Assembly: GCA_002269645.1 (NCBI GenBank)
Contig: NIVC01001281.1
Span: 231,302-295,301 of the forward strand
Direction of reading: 5' to 3'
Length of the DNA: 64,000 nucleotides
Origin: Macrostomum lignano
Taxonomy: Eukaryota
Shown here: piece after piece, positions 26,211-39,627 of the stretch
Numbering within the stretch: the stretch's first letter is position 1
How the letters are laid out: every line of letters starts with the position of its first letter
Position numbers and translations under genes: made by a program
The notes under the pieces: generated by a model
What the model saw: the letters and a program-made list of their open reading frames with translations, nothing else
The model's database searches: none
Told to the model about the DNA's origin: nothing

Positions 26211-28501
26211 TCACAGCCTGCGCTTGTGCACCACCAGGCTGTGGTCGCCGGGCGCGCGCACCACACCGTCGGGTCCCAGCAGGATTTCGTCCCGACGCAG
26301 CCGGCAGTCCTCGGTCGGCTCGAAGCGAAACTTCTGCAGCAGAGTGACGAAGAAGATGAACAGCTCCATGCGAGCCAGCGTCTCTCCCAGGCACGCTCGC
26401 TTGCCGAGGCTGAAGGGAATGAGGTACTCGGAGGCCTTGTAGGTCCCGGTCTCGGGATCAATAAACCGATCCGGCTTGAACTCGTGCGGCTCAGAGAACA
26501 GCTCGGGGTCCATGTGGACTGAGTACAGGTTGGGCAGCACCAGACTGTCCGGTGAGATGGGCAGTCCGTCCAACTCCACCGCCTGCAGGTGAGACGATCG
26601 AGAATGGTTCGGGATGAGCGTTCACGGAGATTGTGCAGCATAAATACCAGCAACTCAGCTCGCCTCACCTCAGAGACTCGATGCTCGACGCTCATCGGCA
26701 CCAAATTAGCGATTCGCTGGGTCTCATCGAGGAATGCCTGCACTTTGTGCAGACCGCGCTTGTCCTTCATGCTGACCTCGCGCAAGCCGATGCTGGCGGC
26801 GATCTCGGCGTGACAGGCCTCCTGGTACTCCGGGTGAAAGCTGCAGTACAGCAGGGCCCAGCGCAGTGTTGTGGCGGTGGTCTCGCTGCCGGCCAGGTAC
26901 AGGTCCAGCACAGTTCGAACCAGCTGCAGGTTGTCGAAGCTGCCGACTCCCCCGGAAGACTGTCGCAGCCGCTGCTCCTGCAGGTAGGCCTCAACAAAGC
27001 AGCTGGGCTCGCTGGACTCATCGTAGTTGCGGTCAATAGCCTGGATTTTCTCCCGGCAGTGGTCCATGATCCACTTCTCGCTCTGCAGGTACCGCCCGGT
27101 GCTCGGCGCCAGAGCGGTTAGCCAGGCCGGCAGCTGGGGAAAGAAAAACATGAGCTCGGTGTCCAGGCCGGCTTGCGTCAGGGCCTTCGTGTGATGGAGG
27201 AAATTGTCCAGCTTGGGGTCCTCATAGCCGCTGCGTTGGGCGAATACGAGACTGCCAATCACGTTCACTATGGCCTTCGTGATGTGCACTGCAAACCATG
27301 GTGACTGATGTAATTTATGGCGAGGAAAATCCTGTAATTTGCGGCATTATAAAAGTACTAATGGCTCTTTCACACCAGCATCAAATCAAACCAATTTTTT
27401 AATGACCCCACGGCCTCTACATATCGTTACTTTGTGCTGGCTGCATCAGCTGTGATTTGATAGCTGAAAATCCCTTTCTCAGAATAAGTGGCACGACCCT
27501 TTCTTCGAAAGCAGTTGGGCTTGTATAATTACCATTAATGTTAATCCATGTTAAGCTCAATAATAGAGTCCATTGAGTCCAGTCACCTTTGCTATGCAAT
27601 CAATACTCGTTGTTATGCAATCAATACTCGTTGCTATGCAATCAATACTCGTTGCTATGCAATCAATACTCGTTGTTATGCAATCAATACTCGTTGCTAT
27701 GCAATCAATACTCGTTGCTATGCAATCAATACTCGTTGCTATGCAATCAATACTCGTTGCTATGCAATCAATACTCGTTGCTATGCAATCAATACTCGTT
27801 GCTATGCAATCAATACTCGTTGCTATGCGATCAATACTCTACTATGCAATCAATACTCTGCTATGCAATCAATACTCTGCTATGCAATCAATACTCGTTG
27901 CTATGCAATCAATACTCGTTGCTATGCCATGGGGCCCAAAGATTAAAACAAATTCGAAAATACAATTCCAGAAGTTTAGCAAAATCCTCACCATTCAAAT
28001 CCGTCTCCTGTCCGCTCAGGTCGCTCAGCTTTGCAGCGAGTTCTTGCGCCTCCGTCTGGATCTGCTGCTCCGAGAGGCTTCTGCCGAGGCCGAAGTCCCG
28101 CAGCACTCGCAGGGTGAAGCGGCGGTGCTCCAGCCACAGTGCACCTTCCGATAGCAAGAGGCCGCGGCCCTGGCCATGACCTGGTAGAGAGGCTGGTTCG
28201 GCCGCTGCGAGAACTGGTCGGCCCGGCCTACCAGCGCCGCCTTGATCTGCTGGTAGCCGGAGATCAAGATGAACTCCTGCGTGCCGAGTACAACGGAGAT
28301 GACGTCACCGTAGGCTGCTCGCATTTCGTTCAAGAATCGATACCAACGGAAGCCCGGTTCGACAAAAGCTCTGTACAGCATGTAGGGCAGGCTGCCCAGG
28401 ACAGGCAGGCCAATCGGACCGCGGCGCCGCAACCGCTGGAACAGGTGGCGGCCTAGCAGACCGGCCAGGAGGGCCGCGGCTAACGGTTTAACGATCTGCA
28501 T
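26211..28501 (-). CDS. Cytochrome P450, CYP2 clan-like, 3 exons, with a 1-nt frameshift near 28170 (assembly error or recent pseudogene)
   Basis: Exons (-) 28501-27992, 27288-26669, 26582-26211. N-terminal anchor, GPIGLPVLG, WLEHRRF, DFGLG, AGSETTATTLRW, ETQR, KPDRF, FSLGKRACLG. Adding one base gives 500 aa. Confidence 0.88.
27590..27925. repeat. 21-bp minisatellite (P450 intron 1)
   Basis: GCTATGCAATCAATACTCGTT tandem. Confidence 0.95.
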
Positions 28502-29174
28502 GCGGAATAGTGAAGAGTCTGCAGGCAAGTTTGCTTAGAGAATTTGCTTCCAAGTTTCTGTAAAGAACTAAATACTGCTTTAGAGTCAACACTCGCGTGG
28601 ATACCAGACATGAAGTGCAGTTTTTATTTGCACACTGCTACCTTCTTTCACACAGAATGTACATTTGAACCCCTCCCTGTCCCTTATCTTTCTGTCGTCC
28701 CCACTGGCGGCTCTCTGCGTACATGCACTGTTCTCTCTAGTAGCATGAGAACAGTGCACATTTGATACCAAACTATACAAGTACTTTGCATGTAGGTATG
28801 GCTACTTGAATTAACTCCCTTCGGTGAACAATTCACACTGTAGAAAGAATTACATGTAGCATGTGTGGAATTAGCCAGTACTAGCAATCTAGTCCCCCCT
28901 TCGGGGCGGCCAATTAAGACGAAATTTTTTATGAGAATTTTCTCAAAAGCATTCCTTTTTAATCCTTAAAATCCTTTACTCTGCTTTTGCAATGAATCCA
29001 GTTGCCGGGGGGGTATATGTCCCCATGTCCCCCCAGTAAAAGCGACATGGCAATTCTTTTCCCTCCACCCTTACCTTGTGACCCATTATGGAAATCAATA
29101 ATTTTGCTTCAGGGTGACAAAATATAGCCCCTGCAGCGTCAGAATGAGTGTCTGTGGTGCTAAACTTGATTGAT

Positions 29175-32100
29175 TGTGGCGCTAAAATGAGTGCATGCAC
29201 ACCAAAATAAGTGTCTGCCTGCGACGCCAACATGTGCCTAGTGCGCTAACAAGAGTGGCTGCGGCGCTAAAATGAATTCCTGCGGCTCTAAAAGGAGTGC
29301 CTGCGGTGCTAAAATGAGTGCCTGCGGCGCTAAAATGAGTGCCTGCGGTGCTAAAATGAGTGCCTGCGGCGCTAAAATGAGTGCCTGCGGCTCTAAAAGG
29401 AGTGCCTGCGGCGCCAAAATGAATGCCTGCGGCGCTAAAATGAGTGCCTGCGGCGCTAAAATGAGTGCCTGCGGCTCTAAAGTGAGTGCCTGCGGCGCTA
29501 AAATGAGTGCCTGCGGCGCTAAAATGAGTGCCTGCGGCTCTAAAAGGAGTGCCTGCGGCGCCAAAATGAATGCCTGCGGCGCTAAAATGAGTGCCTGTGG
29601 CGCTAAAATGAGTGCCTGCGGCTCTAAAGTGAGTGCCTGCGGCGCTAAAATGAGTGCCTGCGGCGCTAAAATGAGTGCCTGCGGCGCTAAAATGAGTGCC
29701 TGCGGCGCTAAAATGAGTGCCTGCGGCGCTAAAATGAGTGCATGTGGCGCTAAAATGAGTGCCTGCGGCTCTAAAATGAGTGCCTGCGGCTCTAAAATGA
29801 GTGCCTGCGGCGCTAAAATGAGTGCATGTGGCGCTAAAATGAGTGCATGCACACCAAAATAAGTGTCTGCCTGCGACGCCAACATGTGCCTAGTGCGCTA
29901 ACAGGAGTGCCTGCGGTGCTAAAATGAATTCCTGCGGCTCTAAAAGGAGTGCCTGCGGTGCTAAAATGAGTGCCTGCGGCGCTAAAATGAGTGCCTGCGG
30001 CTCTAAAAGGAGTGCCTGCGGCGCCAAAATGAATGCCTGCGGCGCTAAAATGAGTGCCTGCGGCGCTAAAATGAGTGCCTGCGGCTCTAAAGTGAGTGCC
30101 TGCGGCGCTAAAATGAGTGCCTGCGGCGCTAAAATGAGTGCCTGCGGCTCTAAAAAGAGTGCCTGCGGCGCCAAAATGAATGCCTGCGGCGCTAAAATGA
30201 GTGCCTGTGGCGCTAAAATGAGTGCCTGCGGCTCTAAAGTGAGTGCCTGCGGCGCTAAAATGAGTGCCTGCGGCGCTAAAATGAGTGCCTGCGGCGCTAA
30301 AATGAGTGCCTGCGGCGCTAAAATGAGTGCCTGCGGCTCTAAAAGGAGTGCCTGCGGCGCCAAAATGAATGCCTGCGGCGCTAAAATGAGTGCCTGCGGC
30401 GCTAAAATGAGTGCCTGCGGCTCTAAAGTGAGTGCCTGCGGCGCTAAAATGAGTGCCTGCGGCGCTAAAATGAGTGCCTGCGGCTCTAAAAGGAGTGCCT
30501 GCGGCGCCAAAATGAATGCCTGCGGCGCTAAAATGAGTGCCTGCGGCGCTAAAATGAGTGCCTGCGGCTCTAAAGTGAGTGCCTGCGGCGCTAAAATGAG
30601 TGCCTGCGGCGCTAAAATGAGTGCCTGCGGCTCTAAAAGGAGTGCCTGCGGCGCCAAAATGAATGCCTGCGGCGCTAAAATGAGTGCCTGCGGCTCTAAA
30701 ATTAGTGCCTGCGGCTCTAAAATGAGTGCCTGCGGCGCTAAAATGAGTGCATGTGGCGCTAAAATGAGTGCATGCACACCAAAATAAGTGTCTGCCTGCG
30801 ACGCCAACATGTGCCTAGTGCGCTAACAGGAGTGCCTGCGGTGCTAAAATGAATTCCTGCGGCTCTAAAAGGAGTGCCTGCGGTGCTAAAATGAGTGCCT
30901 GCGGCGCTAAAATGAGTGCCTGCGGCTCTAAAAGGAGTGCCTGCGGCGCCAAAATGAATGCCTGCGGCGCTAAAATGAGTGCCTGCGGCGCTAAAATGAG
31001 TGCCTGCGGCTCTAAAGTGAGTGCCTGCGGCGCTAAAATGAGTGCCTGCGGCGCTAAAATGAGTGCCTGCGGCTCTAAAATGAGTGCCTGCGGCGCTAAA
31101 ATGAGTGCCTGCGGCTCTAAAATGAGTGCCTGCGGCGCTAAAATGAGTGCCTGCGGCTCTAAAAGGAGTGCCTGCGGCGCCAAAATGAATGCCTGCGGCG
31201 CTAAAATGAGTGCCTGTGGCGCTAAAATGAGTGCCTGCGGCTCTAAAGTGAGTGCCTGCGGCGCTAAAATGAGTGCCTGCGGCGCTAAAATGAGTGCCTG
31301 CGGCGCTAAAATGAGTGCCTGCGGCGCTAAAATGAGTGCCTGCGGCGCTAAAATGAGTGCATGTGGCGCTAAAATGAGTGCCTGCGGCTCTAAAATGAGT
31401 GCCTGCGGCTCTAAAATGAGTGCCTGCGGCGCTAAAATGAGTGCATGTGGCGCTAAAATGAGTGCCTGCGGCTCTAAAATGAGTGCCTGCGGCGCTAAAA
31501 TGAGTGCTATGGCGCTAAAATGAGTGCCTGCGGCGCTAAAATGAGTGCATGTGGCGCTAAAATGAGTGCATGCACACCAAAATAAGTGTCTGCCTGCGAC
31601 GCCAACATGTGCCTAGTGCGCTAACAGGAGTGCCGGCGGTGCTAAAATGAATTCCTGCGGCTCTAAAAGGAGTGCCTGCGGTGCTAAAATGAGTGCCTGC
31701 GGTGCTAAAATGAGTGCCTGCGGCGCTAAAATGAGTGCCTGCGGCTCTAAAAGGAGTGCCTGCGGCGCCAAAATGAATGCCTGCGGCGCTAAAATGAGTG
31801 CCTGCGGCGCTAAAATGAGTGCCTGCGGCTCTAAAGTGAGTGCCTGCGGCGCTAAAATGAGTGCCTGCGGCGCTAAAATGAGTGCCTGCGGCTCTAAAAG
31901 GAGTGCCTGCGGCGCCAAAATGAATGCCTGCGGCGCTAAAATGAGTGCCTGTGGCGCTAAAATGAGTGCCTGCGGCTCTAAAGTGAGTGCCTGCGGCGCT
32001 AAAATGAGTGCCTGCGGCGCTAAAATGAGTGCCTGCGGCGCTAAAATGAGTGCCTGCGGCGCTAAAATGAGTGCCTGCGGCGCTAAAATGAGTGCCTGCG

Positions 32101-32880
32101 GCGCTAAAATGAGTGCATGTGGCGCTAAAATGAGTGCCTGCGGCTCTAAAATGAGTGCCTGCGGCTCTAAAATGAGTGCCTGCGGCGCTAAAATGAGTGC
32201 ATGTGGCGCTAAAATGAGTGCATGCACACCAAAATAAGTGTCTGCCTGCGACGCCAACATGTGCCTAGTGCGCTAACAGGAGTGCCGGCGGTGCTAAAAT
32301 GAGTTCCTGCGGCTCTAAAAGGAGTGCCTGCGGCGCTAAAATGAGTGCCTGCGGCGCTAAAATGAGTGCCTGCGGCTCTAAAAGGAGTGCCTGCGGCGCT
32401 AAAATGAGTGCCTGCGGCGCTAAAATGAGTGCCTGCGGCGCTAAAATGAGTGCCTGCGGCGCTAAAATGAGTGCCTGCGGCGCTAAAATGAGTTCCTGCG
32501 GCTCTAAAAGGAGTGCCTGCGGTGCTAAAATGAGTGCCTGCGGTGCTAAAATGAGTGCCTGCGGCGCTAAAATGAGTGCCTGCGGCGCTAAAATGAGTGC
32601 CTGCGGCGCTAAAATGAGTGCCTGCATGAGTGCCTGCGGCTCTAAAAGGAGTGCCTGTGGCGCTAAAAGGAGTGCCTGTGGCGCTAAAATGAGTGCCTGC
32701 GGCTCTAAAAGGAGTGCCTGTGGCGCTAAAATGAGTGCCTGCGGCTCTAAAAGGAGTGCCTGTGGCGCTAAAATGAGTGCCTGCGGCTCTAAAAGGAGTG
32801 CCTGTGGCGCTAAAAGGAGTGCCTGTGGCGCTAAAATGAGTGCCTGCGGCTCTAAAAGGAGTGCCTGTGGCGCTAAAATG
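29175..32880. repeat. 3.7-kb 21-bp minisatellite with higher-order structure
   Basis: TGCGGCGCTAAAATGAGTGCC monomers punctuated by a ~60-bp spacer at 29197, 29849, 30774, 31572 and 32224. Confidence 0.95.
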
Positions 32881-33260
32881 AGTCCACGGTTTTCAAATGC
32901 AAGTACGAGCGTACATGTAAGCCTAGAGAGGGCAGACTTCTTTAACCAATTGTCGCCTGCAAATGTCCGGCTGGCAAACGTCGGCTGGCAAATGTCCCAC
33001 AGGCAAACGTCGGCTGGCAAACGTCCGGCAGGCAAACATCGTAGACCCACTAGCGAAGCGAGCAACTTTTACCTTGTTTTGAGCTGATATTGCCTGTTCC
33101 GTTTTCAGCATCGGTTCCAGAACCGTGTTCTGGTTTGATGAACCACAGGGTTCATGGGTTCGACGCTTTTCACTTTCCTACCGATTCTGGTTCTGGAACC
33201 AATCTACCCGAAAAGCCTAAGAATTTCAGCTGAAAATTCATACAACTTCATGTACAGGTA

Positions 33261-34477
33261 CGAGCGGGGCACTAAAAAAGTTCTGAGCCTCGGTGTGAAA
33301 GAGAGAATTGGAGTAAATGTAGTCAGCTTTTTTCTACATAGTCTCCCTTGACCAAGAAGCACTTGTGACATCTTGATCGCAGTGCTTCGATGCCGCTCTG
33401 AAAGAACTGCTTTGAACACCCCTCGAACCAGGAGGTCGCAGCATCCCTCAGTGCCTCATCAGTGTCAAATCGCTGCCCACGGAGCGCCCGCTTGAGATGC
33501 TGAAACAGGTGAAAGTCGCTGGGGGCAAGGTCTGGTGAATAGGCTGGGTGCAGCAGCTCTCGGTACCCTGCAACACTGACAGCTGCCTTTGCCAGCCCAC
33601 TGGTGTGGGCAGGTGCAGCAGCACCACACCACGGCTCAGCATTCCCCGCCGATTCTCCTTGATTGCCTCACAACGGCAGTAGCACAACTTCCAGCAGCAG
33701 TGGGCCTTTGGCATCCCAAAAGATGGTGAGCATTATCTTGCCTGCACAGCATCCAGACCGTGCCTTCAGTGGTGCAGGTGCACCAACTGGCAGCCACTGC
33801 TTCGACTCCTCCTTTGACTCGGGATCATGGTGGTGGTGGATCCATGTCTCATCACCGGTCACGCAGCAGAACAGGAAGCCGGCAGGATCTGGATCGGAAG
33901 TTTGCAGGACAAGCTTCGCATACTGCAACCGCGCGGACTTCTGCTCGCTTGTCAAGATTCGCGGGATCCACCGGGCCGATGCCTTCGACAGATGAAGATG
34001 CTGGTGCAGGATCTCGATGACCTGTGGGTCAGAGAGCCCGCTTTCCGTGTCTGCCACAGGTTCCCTGACCTTTACTCGCCGGTCGCCATCAACCAGGGCC
34101 GCGCTGGAGGCGCTGGATGTTGTCAGCAGTGACAGCAGTCCGAGGGCGTCCGAATCGAGGGTCATCTTCGAGAGAGTCGCGGCCACGCTTGAACTCGTCT
34201 GCCCAACGCGTATGAGGGGGCAGCCCCAGCATGCACGGCGCCATGCGACTTTGGATTTCAGCAGGTTTTGAGCCCTCCAGGGTCAGGAATTTGATCACTG
34301 CCCTGTTCTCAATTTTCAGTTCTTGAGAATTTGCTATAGGTCCATGTAGAACTTAAGTAATGCCTATAGAGAGCTGAAAAGACTATAATTAACATACATG
34401 TATTATTGTGTTAGAGCATCGAGTTTCAGCGCTTTGTGGCATGGGATCTTGGTCGAACTTTTTTAGTGCCCAGCTCG
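33261..34477 (-). mobile_element. Degenerate mariner transposon
   Basis: TIRs CGAGCGGGGCACTAAAAAAGTTC / GAACTTTTTTAGTGCCCAGCTCG flanked by TA. Frameshifted transposase fragments VIKFL, DDPRFGRP, ARWIPRIL, VTGDETWIHH, MLTIFWD. Confidence 0.9.
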
Positions 34478-36574
34478 TACATGTAATTGTATGCATGCAT
34501 AGATCGATTCCTCCGGACACATTGTTCGCAGTTTGCCACACGTACGTGACAAACGATCGTAGGTGAGAGCAATTCAAAGCAAAATGTGAAAGCAGAAATT
34601 ATACAACTACGACCAGATTACTGAAGTTTCGTTTTTACCTCGCGCTTGCAGCTATCTATAGATATATCTATGGAGTTCATCTTTAAGTATAGTCCTTAAC
34701 TCATGGAGAGTTTAGAATGAGTCTGATACCATAAAAATTGATCATTAGTCACTGCTTGAAGCCGCTGCTTGAAGCCGCTATTATAAAATCTGTTGCTTTC
34801 TTAACTGTGGTTGAATATGACGTGTACTGCTGAGCACTCCTCCATACCCGTACAGCAATCCGACATCGACAACATCGGCCGCCGTTTCCGACCGACGACG
34901 TTTTGGCTAAAGACGGAAATGGCCGTATACTTTTTACACAACGACGTCAGCCGATCGACGTATAGCGTTGTTATACGTCGTTGTTATCCGTAAGCGTAAT
35001 GTACGAGCTAATCGTACCGTCAATATAGTCAGCGGACGTCCGAATGTTGCACGAGTTAGAATTCATAGGAACTGTTTAATAAGTCTATAGTATGGATAAT
35101 CAAAAGTCTTCCGATGCAGAAATGGCCGTCAGTTAAATGGCTGACTAGCTGTAGCTGTTGAAAGTTGTTGAATGCATAACAATTCAGTGGCAGGCGAAAT
35201 TCCCAAACTCTAACTATATTTGACAAGTGTAATTTTAACGGATTAGGAACGGCCTAACGGGAGATCTCCTTTTCAGTTTGTCTTAGTGATGCTGCATGGT
35301 CTTGTTGTTGACTATTTTATATGTAAGACTAATGTGCGAAATTTGCAAAATGAATGGTAAAAATTGTTAATTTTTAAGATTAACTTTATAACCATAGTTT
35401 TTTTGTAGCAAGAACGATCGGAAGAGACTAGGGGCCTTTTCATATTGCTTGTTCTGGTTCTAGAACCAGATCCAATTTGTAAAGTATAACTTTTTGTCTC
35501 CTAAACTAGAGGGATATAAGTGCTTTAAAGTTGTGATTATTGAATGGCAACAGCCAAGAAGAAAGTGAAAAATTGTGCAAAGTGAAGCTGTAAGGCAGTC
35601 AAACATTCAGCAAAGTTAAATAGTTATACTGCTTTTTTCTTGGAAGATCCGAATTGATTCTGGTCCTGGAATTGGTAATGTGAAAAGCCCCTAGCTCGTA
35701 TGACCCTTTTCGAAGAAAACTGCACGATTTCAAAAGGCAGTGGTTCATATGTCCGGCTGCCGTACGTCTGGCGCGGCATGCGGATACAATGCAGGAAATG
35801 AATTGAAAATCAAAATATCTGCTGAAACTACAAGACAAAAGAAGGACAAACATGATCAGACTGCACACTGACTGATGACTCAATGAAATTAAGAATGAAA
35901 AATCAAAGACTATATTTTAGTAAATTTAGATAATTTAAAAATTATGCGTGCGAAACTAGTCTAAAGGATAGCCACTTATTGTTGCCGCCGATTTCATAGC
36001 TAGGCCCTAGCTTTAATATTATACTTATACTATAGTATAGGCTTTGGCCATAGCCCATGCGATGGGTGTGCTATATTTTATAATATGAGCCAATAAGCCA
36101 TTGTGAGGGTGTATGCTTAGGCCTAGTCTATTAGTATAACTACTATAGTGTCTAAATTATGATTTGACTGCTTTCATTTTAAAGCACTTTGCTGTTGTGT
36201 ATTAATCTATAGTATATGTTTTGACTTTTTGACTAGAATCAATTTTCTAATTTATAGGCAAAAACAACCTAGATTAGAATCTGTGCACTATGGGCTTATG
36301 TGCTATGGGCTTATATGGTGTATTTTTAAGTGAAGCTGCATAAAATATATTGAAGTTAATAATGTTGATATTGGCAATGGAATCAGCCACCTTGCCACAA
36401 AGGAAATCATATATCATCAAAAGCTAAAGCTAGTCTGGTCAATAGAGTACAGTAGATTATTGTGCTATATTTATAATTTATTTAGTGCTAAAAATAATTA
36501 TAAGATTGGATCTTTGTTGCAAAATTGTTGCATATACTTTTTTATTTGTCCTTTTTGCATTTTAGGTAGGCCTA

Positions 36575-37883
36575 CGAGGGATACTCTAAAAGTTTTGCAA
36601 TTCAACTATTTAAAGTTAATTTTGCCAAACTTTTCTATTACAATCCTTCAAAGTAGGCTTCCCGGAACTGCAAACACTTGTGCGCTTGTCCGAGCCACTT
36701 GTTCATCAAGCCCTGGAAGTCTTCAATTGGGATGCCATCAATCGCCTCCTTTGCCGCCTGCTCTAGCTCCTCGTCAAACTGAAACCTGCACCCCCTAAGC
36801 GACTTTTTGATTTCTAGAAAGAGCCAAAAGTTGCAGGGGGCGAGGTCTGGTGAGTAGGCCGGGTGTGGTAACATTGAAATGCCCTCTTGGTTCAGGAACA
36901 CTCGAGTTGCAGCAGCCGTGTGGGCGGGGGCGTTGTCATGGTGAAGCTTCCGCCCTCGCATTCCCATCCTTGGTGCCCTCTGGGTCACGTTGTCGATCAT
37001 GACTGGCAAGCACTCTTCAGTGTACCATCGAGCAGTGACTGTAGCTTGACCCTCCTGCTTCACCATTGCCACCACGCATTGTCAGTCGAAGAAGATGGCA
37101 AACATCCGCTTGCCCTGGGACTGGGACCGCGTTGCTTTCAGGGGTCGTTGACCACCTTCCGGCACCCACTCTGCACTGCTGCGCTTTGTCTCGATGTCAA
37201 AATGATAGAGAAACGTCTCATCACCAGTGATGACCTCAGAGCGGCGCTGAAGGCTCCCATGCTCATATCGATTGATGAGAAACTGACAGAACTCCATGCG
37301 GGCCTGTTTCTGAGCATCTGTCAGGATGTGGGGTATCCATCGGGCACAAAGCTTCCTGACTCTCAGGTGATTGTGTAGAATCGTATTGACCACTGCCAAT
37401 CCAATGCCGACATTCATAGCTAGCATGTCCGTGGTGATTCGCGGATCCTAATGAATCAGCTCCTGCACTGCAGCAATGTTTTCCTCTGTCACTGCTGTCG
37501 GAGGTCTTCCGGGCCAGGGGTCGTCAGAAAAGCTAGTCCTGCCGGCCTGGAACTCGCGGTACCAGCGTGTAACCATAGCATATGACGGCGCTTGAGCCTC
37601 CAATGTTGCTAGTAGCTCGGCATGAGTCTCAAGCGCCGTGAGCTTTCGCTTATGGCAGTACCAAATTAGTAGCCGATTCTGCTCACGATTCAATTCCATG
37701 GCTGCAGCTGTACAATTAAGGAGTCTCTGACTTTGACTGGGGGCTGAGCAGGCGTATATGTATTGAATTCACTTGAAAATTGAGGTGGGGACTATGTACA
37801 TGTTTATTGTACAGAGAGTTGGTTTTGAAGATTGTGCAACTTGCGCAAGTGGTTGAATTGCAAAACTTTTGGAGTATCCCTCG
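36575..37883 (-). mobile_element. Full-length mariner (DD34D type) with inactivated transposase
   Basis: 32-bp TIRs CGAGGGATACTC(T/C)AAAAGTTTTGCAATTCAAC with TA TSD. Single frame 37699-36638 with stops at 37448-37450 and 37082-37084. WIPHIL, ITGDET, HHDNAPAH, YSPDLAPCN (third Asp reads Asn). Confidence 0.95.
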
Positions 37884-38559
37884 TACTACATAAAATATTT
37901 CCATTTTCTCATTTTTCTTAAAATTTTGCTAGATAATTCAAGTCAAAGATATCTAAAATGATAGCAAAATATATCTTTGTTAGGCCTAGTCATACAAGCT
38001 ATTAAACTCTTATCTTAACATAAAATTTTTAATGCAAATAGTTTCTACAAATAAAGACTAGGCTTAAGGTGTTTAAATGAACATTAAAAAACCTAAATAT
38101 TAAAGGAAAGTGTTTTGAAAATATAGATTAAAATTAAGATTTGATTTAATCTATTTTGAGGTCTATAATCAAATAAATCATCAGTTTTCTTTATAGACCC
38201 TAGGCATAGGCATATAGACCCTATTTATCAAATTTTTGGTCATGCCTTTTATTTTAACTGCTTTTTTCTATGATTTGTATAAACTTTGGGTTCTTAAAGA
38301 TCAACAAATTTTTGCCTTTAAGTTACCTATTGGTCTATGATTTTCTTAGCATTGGCTTTAAGTAGTATATATTGATTAAGCCCAGTGATATAACTGGGTG
38401 GTTGCTCAGAAACAAGGAATTATATTTTTTCTAATAGTCTTAATAGGCACTCTAGAATCTATTTATTAGACTGAATTATATAGTTATTAGTTCTATATAA
38501 AACAATATATAAAAAGCCCTCTAGACTGCAACTACAATAGCAAAGCCTATGTCCACCAT

Positions 38560-39598
38560 CCCTCTAGCTGTAGCTCCAACTGCAACTGCAGTAGCACAGC
38601 CTGTGTCCACCATCCCTCTAGACCAACTGCAGTAGCACAGCCTGTGTCCACTGTCTCTAGGCTCCAACTGCAGTAGCACAGCCTGTGTCTACTGTCTCTA
38701 GACTCCAACTGCAGTAGCAAAGCCTGTGTTCACTGTCTCTAAACTCCAACTGCAGTAGCAAAGCCTGTGTCCACTGTCTCTAGACTCCAACTGCAGTAGC
38801 ACAGCCTGTGTCTACTGTCTCTAGACTCTAACTGCAGTAGCAAAGCCTGTGTCCACTGTCTCTAGACTCTAACTGCAGTAGCAAAGCCTGTGTCCACTGT
38901 CTCTAGACTCCAACTGCAGTAGCAAAGCCTGTGTCCACTGTCTCTAGACTCCAAATGCAGTAGCACAGCCTGTGTCTACTGTCTCTAGACTCCAACTGCA
39001 GTAGCACAGCCTGTGTCCACTGTCTCTAGACTCCAACTGCAGTAGCAAAGCCTGTGTCCACTGTCTCTAGACTCCAACTGCAGTAGCAAAGCCAGTGTCC
39101 ACTGTCTCTAGACTCCAACTGCAGTAGCACAGCCTGTGTCCACTGTCTCTAGACTCCAACTGCAGTAGCAAAGCCTGTGTCCACTGTCTCTAGACTCCAA
39201 CTGCAGTAGCACAGCCTGTGTCCACTGTCTCTAGACTCCAACTGCAGTAGCAAAGCCTGTGTCCACTGTCTCTAGACTCCAACTGCAGTAGCAAAGCCAG
39301 TGTCCACTGTCTCTAGACTCCAACTGCAGTAGCACAGCCTGTGTCCACTGTCTCTAGACTCCAACTGCAGTAGCAAAGCCTGTGTCCACTGTCTCTAGAC
39401 TCCAACTGCAGTAGCACAGCCTGTGTCTACTGTCTCTAAACTCTAACTGCAGTAGCAAAGCCTGTGTCTACTGTCTCTAGACTCCAACTGCAGTAGCACA
39501 GCCTGTGTCTACTGTCTCTAGACTCCAACTGCAGTAGCAAAGCCTGTGTTCACTTTCTCTAGGCTCCAACTGCAGTAGCACAGCCTGTGTCCACCGTC
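38560..39598. repeat. 41-bp minisatellite upstream of PIR
   Basis: CTCCAACTGCAGTAGCAAAGCCTGTGTCCACTGTCTCTAGA tandem, ending at the PIR acceptor region. Confidence 0.95.
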
Positions 39599-39627
39599 CC
39601 TCTCATGCTTTCAGCCTCCAGCGCCAG

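Noticed and set aside
29238-33087. Long ORFs on both strands (ALILAPQ / GAKMSAC repeats)
   Set aside because: Artefact of a 21-bp stop-free unit; no splice context or unique domain.
34830-35160. CpG-rich, partly self-complementary stretch; considered as an SL RNA or other ncRNA
   Set aside because: No convincing SL exon ending ATG|GT with an Sm site and no tRNA or snRNA fold recognised; more likely a transposon remnant.
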